Source: Methylophaga frappieri (GTDB lineage: Bacteria > Pseudomonadota > Gammaproteobacteria > Nitrosococcales > Methylophagaceae). From it: DNA of 32,000 nt. A program made the position numbers and the translations under genes. Where the stretch lies: the NCBI RefSeq assembly GCF_000260965.1, contig NC_017856.1, positions 360,001 to 392,000 of the forward strand, read 5' to 3'. The notes below the pieces were generated by a model. That model searched no databases and had not been told where the DNA came from. It saw only the letters and a program-made list of their open reading frames with translations. Positions 16,463-25,620 of the stretch are shown piece by piece. The number at the start of each line of letters is the position of its first letter. Position 1 is the first letter of the stretch.

Positions 16463-17164
16463 ATGACCGGATTTATCACACCCAATCCGCTGGAAAAACA
16501 GCTGAAAATCTTACCTGTAAACGCTGTTGCCGTTAATTTTGACACCGCACTTTATCACCGGGCGCTTTACACTGAAATGGGTATCCATTTTCCTGCCTCA
16601 TTACATGGTGCCGTTCAAAAACGACAGGCTGAATTTCTGGCCGGTCGATACGCTGCCCAATCAGCGCTAGCAATGATGGACATTACGAACCAATCCATCG
16701 CGATTGGTCAAAATCGCGCTCCAATCTGGCCACCGCATGTGATTGGCAGCATCACCCATGCCAATAATACGGCTATCTGTGTACTTGCTTATCAGATGGA
16801 TCTACTTTATCTCGGTATCGATCTGGAAAATATTGTTAGCGAAAAACTAGCGGGCGAATTAAAAAATAACATCATGGATACAAGTGAAAGACAGCTGTTA
16901 AAAAGCCTGAAAATACCTTTTGAGGAGGCTTTTAGCCTGGTTTTTTCTGCGAAAGAAAGCCTGTTTAAAGCACTGCACCCTTTTGTACAGCATTATTTTG
17001 AGTTCACGGCGGCACGTGTTGTGGCGCTTGATGCTAATACTGGTAGAATCGTATTGCAATTAACAGACACCCTGTCGGCCGATTTTCCAATTGACACTGA
17101 AATACATGGCCACTTTTTCCGTGTGAATCAACAAGTATTAACGGTGGTTTATCAGCTTCGTTAA
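16463..17164 (+). CDS. 4'-phosphopantetheinyl transferase, EntD/Sfp type
   Basis: 233 aa with PPTase motifs KRQAEFLAGRYAAQSAL, PIWPPHVIGSITHANNTAICV, LGIDLENIV and VFSAKESLFKAL. Adjacent to the NRPS locus. Confidence 0.8.
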   Translation: MTGFITPNPLEKQLKILPVNAVAVNFDTALYHRALYTEMGIHFPASLHGAVQKRQAEFLAGRYAAQSALAMMDITNQSIAIGQNRAPIWPPHVIGSITHANNTAICVLAYQMDLLYLGIDLENIVSEKLAGELKNNIMDTSERQLLKSLKIPFEEAFSLVFSAKESLFKALHPFVQHYFEFTAARVVALDANTGRIVLQLTDTLSADFPIDTEIHGHFFRVNQQVLTVVYQLR

Positions 17165-17211
17165 CCCCGCTTATTTTGGCTTAAACGGGCCTGAACTGGC
17201 TCGTCGCAACA

Positions 17212-18534
17212 CTAAAATGCATAGCGGATAGCAAGTTCGACGAAATCATTATCTCGAAATGCCCCAATCCCCGTATCGGTATCACCACCAAAGGTCAGGC
17301 TTTTGATATCCAGTGATAGATTGTCATTGACCTGATAATTAGCAAACACTTCCAGCACATATTGTGCATCCCGCGCCGTTTGGCCGCGGATACCCAGTTC
17401 AAGCGCATCCCGATAAAAACCATTGGTAATCGCAAAGGTCAGCCCATAGTCATCTTCAGTTTCGTCGTAGCCATCCCAATAAATCTGAATATTCACATAA
17501 AGATCGGTGAGAAAGGTTCTATCCCAGCCTGTGACAACTTGCGTTAACGATTCGGTTTGCCCATTGATTGTTGGAAAATCCGGCGTATGACTGAATTCGG
17601 CTCTCAAGGTATTCTTGCCGATGCCAGAGGCCAGATTGATATTCCAGGTCTGAATTCGCTCGGGACGGAGCCAAATCCGGTTATCTTTATTCTCCAAAAC
17701 AATCGGTGCATCTGTATAACCATTGAAATAAGCCAATCCCCAGTCCAGTCCTTGGCCATAATGGGTAAAACGAATTCCTCCTTCATGAGGATGAGGATCG
17801 TCGATTTCTAACGCAATCTGTCCGTCTCGTTCCTGGCGACGTAATTGATTGATGAAAGGCATTTCCCATGGGCTGCCAAATTCAGCAAATTTTCGATCTC
17901 GTCCACGAGGTAACCAGACAGCTTCCCATATTCCCCAGTCTTGGTTATATTCAGTAAAAACCGCCCATGAAGGTCGTCGGGCAGAAGTCCGTCCATTACC
18001 GATTGGCTCTCGCATATCGACAGCATTGACCCTGTCAATGGTACTTCGGCCATCGGCAACGCCCCAGGCAATACGTTGTTTACCGATCATCAAGTCAAAC
18101 TGATCACCATCAAAAGAAAAATACGCTTCATTCAGATTAAACCGTTCAGCACTACGATAGTCGGTTGTAGCTGGGTCATACTCCATCTGGGCACTGGAAA
18201 AAAACAACCATTCGTCAGATTCATAACGTGTTTCCAGTTGCGTCAGCATCCGGTTCGATAACCAGTCACGCTGCGGCAATGCATAGCGGGAGCGCCATTC
18301 CAGATAGCCATTTACCTGCCAGTTTGTTTCAGTCGGCTCTGCTGACTCAGTCAAATCGAAATCAAACGGATCGGCTGCCTCCCCGGGACCTGCAGCAAAT
18401 GACGTCTTTGCTATCAACAGCAAGGCTGTCAACAATCCGGCAAAAGTCAGTTTAAGGCCGCTTCGAATATGATTGATATTTTGTTTGCCGGTATTAGCTG
18501 GCCATTGGCAATGCATCATCTGACGGATCATCAT
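17212..18534 (-). CDS. Predicted outer-membrane beta-barrel protein of unknown function (possibly DUF1302-like)
   Basis: 440 aa. Signal-like segment LKLTFAGLLTALLLIAKTSFAAG. Alternating hydrophobic beta-strand pattern rich in Y/W/G/D/N. C-terminal ...VELAIRYAF (terminal Phe, an OMP signature). No plug domain. Last gene of the minus-strand operon. The family call is tentative. Confidence 0.5.
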   Translation of the reverse strand: MMIRQMMHCQWPANTGKQNINHIRSGLKLTFAGLLTALLLIAKTSFAAGPGEAADPFDFDLTESAEPTETNWQVNGYLEWRSRYALPQRDWLSNRMLTQLETRYESDEWLFFSSAQMEYDPATTDYRSAERFNLNEAYFSFDGDQFDLMIGKQRIAWGVADGRSTIDRVNAVDMREPIGNGRTSARRPSWAVFTEYNQDWGIWEAVWLPRGRDRKFAEFGSPWEMPFINQLRRQERDGQIALEIDDPHPHEGGIRFTHYGQGLDWGLAYFNGYTDAPIVLENKDNRIWLRPERIQTWNINLASGIGKNTLRAEFSHTPDFPTINGQTESLTQVVTGWDRTFLTDLYVNIQIYWDGYDETEDDYGLTFAITNGFYRDALELGIRGQTARDAQYVLEVFANYQVNDNLSLDIKSLTFGGDTDTGIGAFRDNDFVELAIRYAF

Positions 18535-18548
18535 TTTCGCCGACTCAG

Positions 18549-19328
18549 CTAGCGTTTTAGTGCACTTTGCTGAAACAGACTGTCGTCCAGCCCCTGATTG
18601 TATTCAATATCCTGATATTGCATCAGGGTACGAGACGCTTTGCCATGGGTTTGCATAATCAGTTTGGTCGCTGTCCAAACACCATCAATCTCTTGAATAT
18701 CGCCTTGTATCATCGTTTTAAGCAGCCGACCACGTTTGTCGTAATACTCGACCTTATGTGCCAACCAGTGCTGTTTATCAATCCATATTTTTCGTTTGGC
18801 ATAGTTGGAAAAGCGTGCTTTGGCAGGAATGGGAACCGATTCTAAAAGATAACAGGCTCGCCCATCATGACAGTGCTCTGAGCCCAGCAAGGTATGGACG
18901 TCATCATCCACGGCCCGTTTTTCAATATCTTCATTGGCAAAGTCACTGCGCATAAACGCCCCTTTTTTACCACCGCCACTGATCCGTCGAACCAAATTCT
19001 CAGTCGGCAAATACAGCCAGAGATCATCTTCTTGGTCAACCGCGTTGTAGTTCCATGAGAGATATTGGGTATCCCGCACATCAGACGGCTCGTCAAAGCG
19101 GAATAAAGTACGATCATCGTCACCATATTTCTTTTCCCACATACGCATTTTCCGAACCAGTTTTTGGTTTCCGCGCTCAATGACCATAATGGCGTGACGA
19201 AAGCTGTCAGCAGCACTATCAGCCTGATCTGATCTCTGGGCAATATCACGGCCAGTCAACTCGGCGGCGATCGCGGCTGGCGTCATGTAAATAAAACAAC
19301 ATAAACTGAAAAAGAGACTTTTCATCAT
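18549..19328 (-). CDS. LolA-like 'outer membrane lipoprotein-sorting' family periplasmic protein
   Basis: Start chosen at MMKSLFFSLCCFIYMTPAAIA/AE (signal peptide, AGGA 5 nt upstream). The alternative ATG 19376 forms an ATGA overlap with the upstream gene. Family-typical core as I recall it: LTGRDIAQRSDQ....F......ERG......R.M..W.KKYGDD.RTLFRF.EP.DVRDT..L..........DLWLYLP....VRRISGGGKKGAFMRSDFANEDI. Confidence 0.65.
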   Translation of the reverse strand: MMKSLFFSLCCFIYMTPAAIAAELTGRDIAQRSDQADSAADSFRHAIMVIERGNQKLVRKMRMWEKKYGDDDRTLFRFDEPSDVRDTQYLSWNYNAVDQEDDLWLYLPTENLVRRISGGGKKGAFMRSDFANEDIEKRAVDDDVHTLLGSEHCHDGRACYLLESVPIPAKARFSNYAKRKIWIDKQHWLAHKVEYYDKRGRLLKTMIQGDIQEIDGVWTATKLIMQTHGKASRTLMQYQDIEYNQGLDDSLFQQSALKR

Positions 19329-19372
19329 TGATTCCTGTCTGGTTTCCAAAAAATAAAACGTGATCCCCGTTA

Positions 19373-21663
19373 TCATGCTGTCGGATCGAGTTGCTTTGAG
19401 GGCAAGGGTTTAAGCCAGCGCAACAGGATCGGTGCCAACATAAAGTCAGCGATTAACGCACTGATAAACGCCAGCCCGGTAGCCCAGGCAAATGTCTGTG
19501 GCCCCTGAAAATCGGATAGCAGAAAGCCGGAAAAACCGGCTGTTAACACCAAGGTTGTAAATAAAATGGCTCGACCAGTACTGCGCAGCGTTTTTTGATA
19601 GGCAAAGGCATGATCGGCTTCTTGATCAAAATGCTTTCGATAACGGAAAAAAAGTGAATGGTGTCATCGACCGCCACACCCAAAATCATCGGTGCCAAAA
19701 TTAACATCATGATGTTCACTTCAGCGCCGGCCCAACCTAGAACTCCCAGCGCCATGATCACCGGCAGCACATTTGGCACCATCGCGATCAAACCCAGCTT
19801 GATTGATCGTAGCACCAGAATCATCAACACCGTAATGGCCATAAATGCCAGCAAAAAACTGTGTAATTGTCCGGCAGCGATATGATCACCAAGTGCTCGA
19901 AACATCGCCAGTGTGCCGGTAAAGTGAATATTCAGATTGCTTAAATTGGCTTGCTGATAGGCCAAAATATCTGTTTCCAATTGCCGGATTTGTTGCAATC
20001 CCAGTGTTTTGGTTCTGACTTGAATACGTGCTTTATCGTAAGTAAAGCTGACGAACTGCTCCAATTGTTTGCCACCGCCAATTTCATAGAGCAATAAATA
20101 CTCAGCAATCTGAGAATCGGTCTCGGGCAAACGATAAAATACCGGCTTATTTTCATGAACAGCACGATGCATCTGCTTGAGCTGATCCACAATACTCGCG
20201 GTTTGCGCGACCAGCGGATGTTGTTCTAAATACTGTTGCAACTGATCCATATCATGGATTATCGATAAATCCTTGATACCTTCGGACTGACCAGTATCGA
20301 CAACGATTTCCAGGCTCATCACGCCACCCATCCGTTGCTCAACCTGTTCGAAAGATTGCCGCAGTGGATCGGAAACCGGTAAATCCCGCACCGTATTGGT
20401 CTCAATTTGTATCATCGTGATACCGTAAACCGCCATCGCAATCGCCACCGTAAAAATGCTGATAATCAGCCGGGGATAAAGGCCGACCCAGGTTGCAATT
20501 TTCAGTAGCAAGGTATCGTAAACATCCGATTTTGAAGGTGTATCCTCGTCAGCAATAGGCAATTTCCCAAATGACATGGCCGGCACAGCAAACAGAAACG
20601 TCAGCAAAAAAGCGATCCAGACACCAATCGCTGCTTGTGTACCCAACTCTTGAAGCTGTTTCAGATCTGTCGCCAGAAAGGCCAAAAAACCCGCCGCTGT
20701 TGTGACCGTCGTCAACAGGATCGGCATACTGACTCTGGACAATACCTGTTTTAATACCGCGCTTCGTGAGGGTTGACCTGCGACATGATTTTTCATTTCT
20801 GCCACAACGTGAACGGTATCACCGATGCCCACGCAAACCAGCAACGTTGGCACCATCACCGCCATCATATTTAACGAATAGCCAATGGTCGCTACCATAG
20901 CCAAGGTCCATATCACACTCAGCACAACCGTTGCCGCCGGAACCAGCACACCGCGCACTGAACGTGTAGTCAACCCTAACAGCAGGCAAACGCCAAGTAA
21001 TGATGCGCCGACCCAGATCGGGCCTTCCTTTTCTGTTTTGCCATCAATGTAAGCATTCATGACCGGAATACCAACCACATGGGCATCCAGCTCAGGAAAG
21101 TCGGCCAGTATCGCATTCACCACTGGCGGACTCTCTTTACGTGGATTGGTACCGGAATCCGGATAGTTTTCAAATTCCAGCAAGATGCCCAGTGTCTGCC
21201 CATCTGCCGAAATCAGCCGATTACGGTATGCCGGGTCATTTACCGCATGCTGGATCTGCTGTTGAATCTCTGCCGAGCTCATCCCCATGGATAACAGCTC
21301 GGCAATTTCAATGCCGCCAGGAACGCCAGTAATGGATTCAACATTACCAATCCAGGTAAGGTCGCTCAAATGCGGTACTTCCAGTTCCAGACGATCAACC
21401 AGTTCGCCTGCACTTGCCAGTTTTTCGCTATCAACAGGTTGATCATCAGCTATCAGAATAAAAATGAAGTCATCATTACCAAATGTTTGTTTAAAAGCAT
21501 CCAGTTGAACACGGGTTTGATCGCTGCTCAAAAAAAAGCTTTCATTGGAATTATCTACTTTCAGGTTCGCCAATTGGTTAAAGGCCGCCAAGGTAACCAG
21601 CCCTACCAAAATCAAACACCAGACCCGATAACGCAAGATGGTCTCAATGATGCGTGCTTGCAT
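19373..21663 (-). pseudogene. COG1033/MMPL-like RND-superfamily exporter, interrupted by a 1-nt frameshift in a homopolymer
   Basis: The 706-aa ORF (19543-21663) has TM1, a large periplasmic loop, a TM bundle, a second loop and ...PMILGVAVDDTIHFF. It then decays into non-homologous sequence. Shifting frame at the A7 run (19647-19653, T7 on the coding strand) gives FFRYRKHFDQEADHAFAYQKTLRSTGRAILFTTLVLTAGFSGFLLSDFQGPQTFAWATGLAFISALIADFMLAPILLRWL...*. This is the expected RND C-terminus. It ends in a TGA (19375-19373) that overlaps ATG 19376 of the next ORF. The span is 2291 nt, so one extra base restores a 763-codon gene. Confidence 0.75.
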
Positions 21664-21687
21664 GAATTAATTTTCCTTCGACAGTGC

Positions 21688-23445
21688 CTATTTATCGGCC
21701 GACTGAGATTGCCAAAGCTGATAATACAAGCCCTGACGCTGCAATAATGACTGGTGATTGCCTTGTTCAACGATGCGTCCTTTATCCATCACCAAAATCT
21801 GATCGGCATTTCTGACGGTACTTAACCGATGCGCTACCATGATGACTACGCGACCGACGACTAAACGATTTAACGCATTTTGAATGGCATGTTGGGCACT
21901 GGCGTCCACCGCCGCAGTAGCCTCATCCAATAACAAAACAGGTGCATCTTTAAGTAAAGCACGTGCGATGGAAAGACGCTGACGCTCTCCCCCCGATAAA
22001 CGCATCCCACCCTCGCCAACGCGCGTTTCATATTGCTCGGGCAGCCCCATGATGAAATCATGACAACTGGCTGATTGGCAGGCCGCCATGATCTGCGCAT
22101 CGGAAGCGTCGGGCCGACCAATACGAATATTTTCTCGAATACTGCCATCGAAAAGCTGTACATGCTGAAACACGGTGCTGATATGTTGATATACCCCATC
22201 GGTACCGATTGCCCTGAGATCCTCGTCACCTATCGTGACGCTACCCGACTGCGGGTCATAAAACCGTGCCAGCAAATTCAGTACCGTGCTTTTACCCGCA
22301 CCAGAAGGGCCCACTATTGCCGTAATGCTGTTTTGGGGAACGGAAAAACAGATGTCCTGCAAACTGCTTTGCTGGTCATAACTGAAACAGACATGGTCAA
22401 AACGAATCGCGAAATGCGAAGGCGTAACCGGCACAGCTGGCTCTGATAACTGCGTCGTGCTGAACAATGTTTCGATTTTGACTTCACTTTGTAATGCATG
22501 ACGCAGAATGGTCAGATAACCCGACATTTCCAATAACGGCTCAAGCAGTTTATGGGCCAATAACAAAAACAAAAGCCAGCTCGCCATCACTGTGGCTGTA
22601 GACTGACTTGGCAACATTTGACTGGCACACACTAACAACAACGCAACCAGCCCCAGCTCCAGCATTAAACGATAAACAACGACCGGGCCTGCTCCCCACG
22701 TTTCCACGCGAACACTGCTTTGGCGTAATAAATCAAACTGCTGATTCAGGCGGCTTAACCAGATACCGGTTCGATTAAACAAACGCAATGTCCGAATGCC
22801 GGAAACGAACTCGACAACCACGCCTGCCGTTTCCTGAAATCGTGTTTGCCTTTGCTGTCCAACGCGTTCAAAAAAACGCTTGGCTGCATTTAATATCCAA
22901 CACGCAAACGGCAAACCGACAATTAATGCCGTTGCCAGTTGCCAATCCAAATACAGTAACACCACAAACCACAATACCGGCGTAACACCAGCAGCAAAGA
23001 CATCGGCAGCAACATGGGTAAAGATACCCTCCACCCGTTTGATATCATCCGTCAAAATATCGGCCAACTGTCCGGTGCGATAATGATAAAGCTGACCCAG
23101 TGGCAATTGCCGAACACGATCAATCAATCGGGCGCGATAGCTTTGCATGATGTGATAGCTACCCATAAAGCTGTGGTGTTGCCCCCGCCAGGAACATAAT
23201 AACTGCCCCATGAAAATGGCCAGCAGCAGGCCGGCAATCCCCCAAACCGTCTGCCCGTCCGCAACGGCATTGCCATTGAGTACATTGATTAGCCAAAAAT
23301 AACACACCAGTAACGGCAAAATTTCAAAGCAGCGTTCCAATACTCTCAGACACAGCCCCCAATAAAACTCGCCCGCAGAACAATCACTACGACGAATGAC
23401 ACGCCGAATACTTTGCAAAATGCCGGTCTGATTCTCCTTAGCCAT
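21688..23445 (-). CDS. ABC transporter, fused permease/ATPase (exporter fold), YbtQ/IrtB-like
   Basis: Start trimmed to ATG 23445 (MAKENQTGILQ...), overlapping the upstream gene's end by 8 nt. Six-TM domain, then Walker A GPSGAGKST, signature LSGGERQRLSIARA, Walker B VLLLDEAT and H-loop MVAHRLS. Confidence 0.85.
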   Translation of the reverse strand: MAKENQTGILQSIRRVIRRSDCSAGEFYWGLCLRVLERCFEILPLLVCYFWLINVLNGNAVADGQTVWGIAGLLLAIFMGQLLCSWRGQHHSFMGSYHIMQSYRARLIDRVRQLPLGQLYHYRTGQLADILTDDIKRVEGIFTHVAADVFAAGVTPVLWFVVLLYLDWQLATALIVGLPFACWILNAAKRFFERVGQQRQTRFQETAGVVVEFVSGIRTLRLFNRTGIWLSRLNQQFDLLRQSSVRVETWGAGPVVVYRLMLELGLVALLLVCASQMLPSQSTATVMASWLLFLLLAHKLLEPLLEMSGYLTILRHALQSEVKIETLFSTTQLSEPAVPVTPSHFAIRFDHVCFSYDQQSSLQDICFSVPQNSITAIVGPSGAGKSTVLNLLARFYDPQSGSVTIGDEDLRAIGTDGVYQHISTVFQHVQLFDGSIRENIRIGRPDASDAQIMAACQSASCHDFIMGLPEQYETRVGEGGMRLSGGERQRLSIARALLKDAPVLLLDEATAAVDASAQHAIQNALNRLVVGRVVIMVAHRLSTVRNADQILVMDKGRIVEQGNHQSLLQRQGLYYQLWQSQSADK

Positions 23446-25225
23446 ATTGCGCTCCCGACGACCCGTTGACAGGCACGCCAATTGACCAGCTTTCCGTGTT
23501 TTGTTGCCACTGCCACTGTTGTTGGTAATAAGCATTGCTCTGCAACAAGGTACTGTGCGTGCCACAGGCCTGAATTTCGCCCTGTTCGATGATAACGATC
23601 TGATCCGCATCCTCACGTCCCTGGCTACGATGCGCAATAATTAGGAAAGTTTTGTCCGGATAATGCGTTTTAAGTCCCTGATAAAAGGCCCGTTGCGTTT
23701 GGTTATCCAGGGAGGCAGTCGCTTCATCAAGCACCACAATTGGCGTATCAGCCAACAGCGCCCGGGCAATGGCAATACGTTGCCTTTCACCTCCTGAAAG
23801 CCGGATCCCTTGCTCCGCAACCAAGGTGTCATATCCATCAGGCAGGCTGGCAATCAGCGTTTCAGCCTGAGCAGCGCCAATAGCCGTCGCAATTTCTGTC
23901 TTGCTGGCATGGGGACTACCCAGTCGCAGGTTGTCAATTATCGAGCCTTTAAATAAAAAGACCTCCTGACTGGCGACCGCGATGAGCGCAGCACGCTGCT
24001 GCTGAGAAAGCGTAGACAGTGACGTCCCGTTAATGAGAATCCTGCCCGAATTGGGCAGCAGTAATCCACCCAATAACTGTGCCAAGGTAGATTTACCAGC
24101 ACCGGATGGTCCCAAAATGACGGTATGACTACCTGCTACGAAGGTCAGATCAATCTCTTTGAGTATTGAACGCAGACCATAGCGGAAACTGACCCGTTCA
24201 AAAATAAGGGTGACGGGCTGTTGAATATCAACCGGTTGACCAGCCTGCTCCGGCGTCAAATCCAGTATCGGCTGCAAATGTTGTATACCGGCCAATACTT
24301 CATTGATCTCCATAAAGAAACGACTGACTTTAAGCAGTGGCTTCAACATGCCTGATCCCAGGATAACTACCATAATTATCTGAGATAAGGTCACCTCAGA
24401 CGCGTTATAAAGTCCAATCCCGACCGGCAAAATAAACAAGACATTAGCCCCCAGCAGACTGGTGAATAAGGCCCAACCCGGTACGGTTTTCTGAGTCAGA
24501 TCGGTGATTAAATCGTAATAACATGCCAGCCGGTAACGCATGACCTGAAAGGTGGAGGAATCCTGACGAAACATTTTCATGACCGGCATATTGCGCAGAT
24601 ATTCCACCGTCGCACTGCTTAGCCCGGCAGCAGTTTTGTTATGTTGCTCGTATTGGGCGCTGGTATCCCGCATAAACAAGGTGGAGGCCAATATGGCGAG
24701 TGGCACGACAGCCAGAGCGGCCAAGGCCAGACGCCAATCTATCCAAAATAAGAAAACCGTGACCAGCAGCGGACTTAGTAAAGCAGCAAAAACTTCAACG
24801 CTATGATGCGAAATGACCATCTCGACATTTTCAACGTCTTGTAAGACGGATTGTTTGAGCCGACCTGACGGATTTTTTTGCAACCAGGCCAGCGGGGCAT
24901 TGGCCAGCTGAGAGACGAGTTGCTTGCGGGTTCCGGCTAAAATTTTAAAAGCGGCCTGATGACTGAAAAAATAGGCCAATCCATACAAAACGGTTTTTAA
25001 AACCAATGCCACGGCCAGCCAGCCGGCCAACGACAAAAACTGTTGTGGTAAGTCAGCAGCTTGGTTGAGGATGGCGTCAATTGCCTGAAACAGGATCCAG
25101 TAAGGCAACAATTCACAAATAACGGCCAACGCAGTCAATAAAAGGGCAAAAAATAACTGTCCCTTTTGCGCGCCAGCCAATTTTAGCAGCGTTGGCCACC
25201 CCGTGCCCTCTGCTGATTTTTCCAT
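23438..25225 (-). CDS. ABC transporter, fused permease/ATPase (exporter fold), YbtP/IrtA-like
   Basis: 595 aa. Six-TM domain, then GPSGAGKST, LSGGERQRIAIARA, IVVLDEATASLD and IIAHR. First gene of the minus-strand operon that diverges from the NRPS genes. Confidence 0.85.
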   Translation of the reverse strand: MEKSAEGTGWPTLLKLAGAQKGQLFFALLLTALAVICELLPYWILFQAIDAILNQAADLPQQFLSLAGWLAVALVLKTVLYGLAYFFSHQAAFKILAGTRKQLVSQLANAPLAWLQKNPSGRLKQSVLQDVENVEMVISHHSVEVFAALLSPLLVTVFLFWIDWRLALAALAVVPLAILASTLFMRDTSAQYEQHNKTAAGLSSATVEYLRNMPVMKMFRQDSSTFQVMRYRLACYYDLITDLTQKTVPGWALFTSLLGANVLFILPVGIGLYNASEVTLSQIIMVVILGSGMLKPLLKVSRFFMEINEVLAGIQHLQPILDLTPEQAGQPVDIQQPVTLIFERVSFRYGLRSILKEIDLTFVAGSHTVILGPSGAGKSTLAQLLGGLLLPNSGRILINGTSLSTLSQQQRAALIAVASQEVFLFKGSIIDNLRLGSPHASKTEIATAIGAAQAETLIASLPDGYDTLVAEQGIRLSGGERQRIAIARALLADTPIVVLDEATASLDNQTQRAFYQGLKTHYPDKTFLIIAHRSQGREDADQIVIIEQGEIQACGTHSTLLQSNAYYQQQWQWQQNTESWSIGVPVNGSSGAQYG

Positions 25226-25458
25226 GCCTCACCTTCTTGCTGCTATCAACATTCCTAAACGGCGATTCTCACCCCGATTCAGATACCACTTTTATAACCG
25301 CAGGAATAGTAGCTGAAAGCCCATGACGATACTGCCCGAATCCGATGAATCCTCCCCCAATCTGATGATTATTCACGCATCATAAAAAACGGATAACTAC
25401 TGCACATTTCCACCGGAAAATCCGGATTCGGGTAATGCGATCCCGTTTCGGGTAGAGT

Positions 25459-25478
25459 TGAAAATAATTCTCATTCAA
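25459..25478. promoter_or_regulatory. Candidate Fur box in the divergent siderophore promoter region
   Basis: TGAAAAT-A-ATTCTCA matches the 7-1-7 Fur core TGATAAT-n-ATTATCA at 12/14, or about 12/19 against GATAATGATAATCATTATC. It overlaps a TTGAAA -35-like hexamer. A weaker site is at 25362-25381 (TGATGATTATTCA / reverse AATAATCATCA). Confidence 0.45.
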
Positions 25479-25620
25479 TATTCGCACACTTGCAAATTTC
25501 ATCTCGAAAAAATGCTTTCTATGTCTCTCTACAATTCGGGAAACCGCAGCTAATTAAAAGTAGGCCTTTGATTTAAAAAGACTTACATCCCATCTTAACT
25601 AAACTTCAGGGCGTTAAATT

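Noticed and set aside
17165-17211. Possible terminator between the convergent PPTase and OM beta-barrel genes
   Set aside because: Only a 4-bp CCCG/CGGG pairing with a long loop and no T-tract was found. This is insufficient to call.
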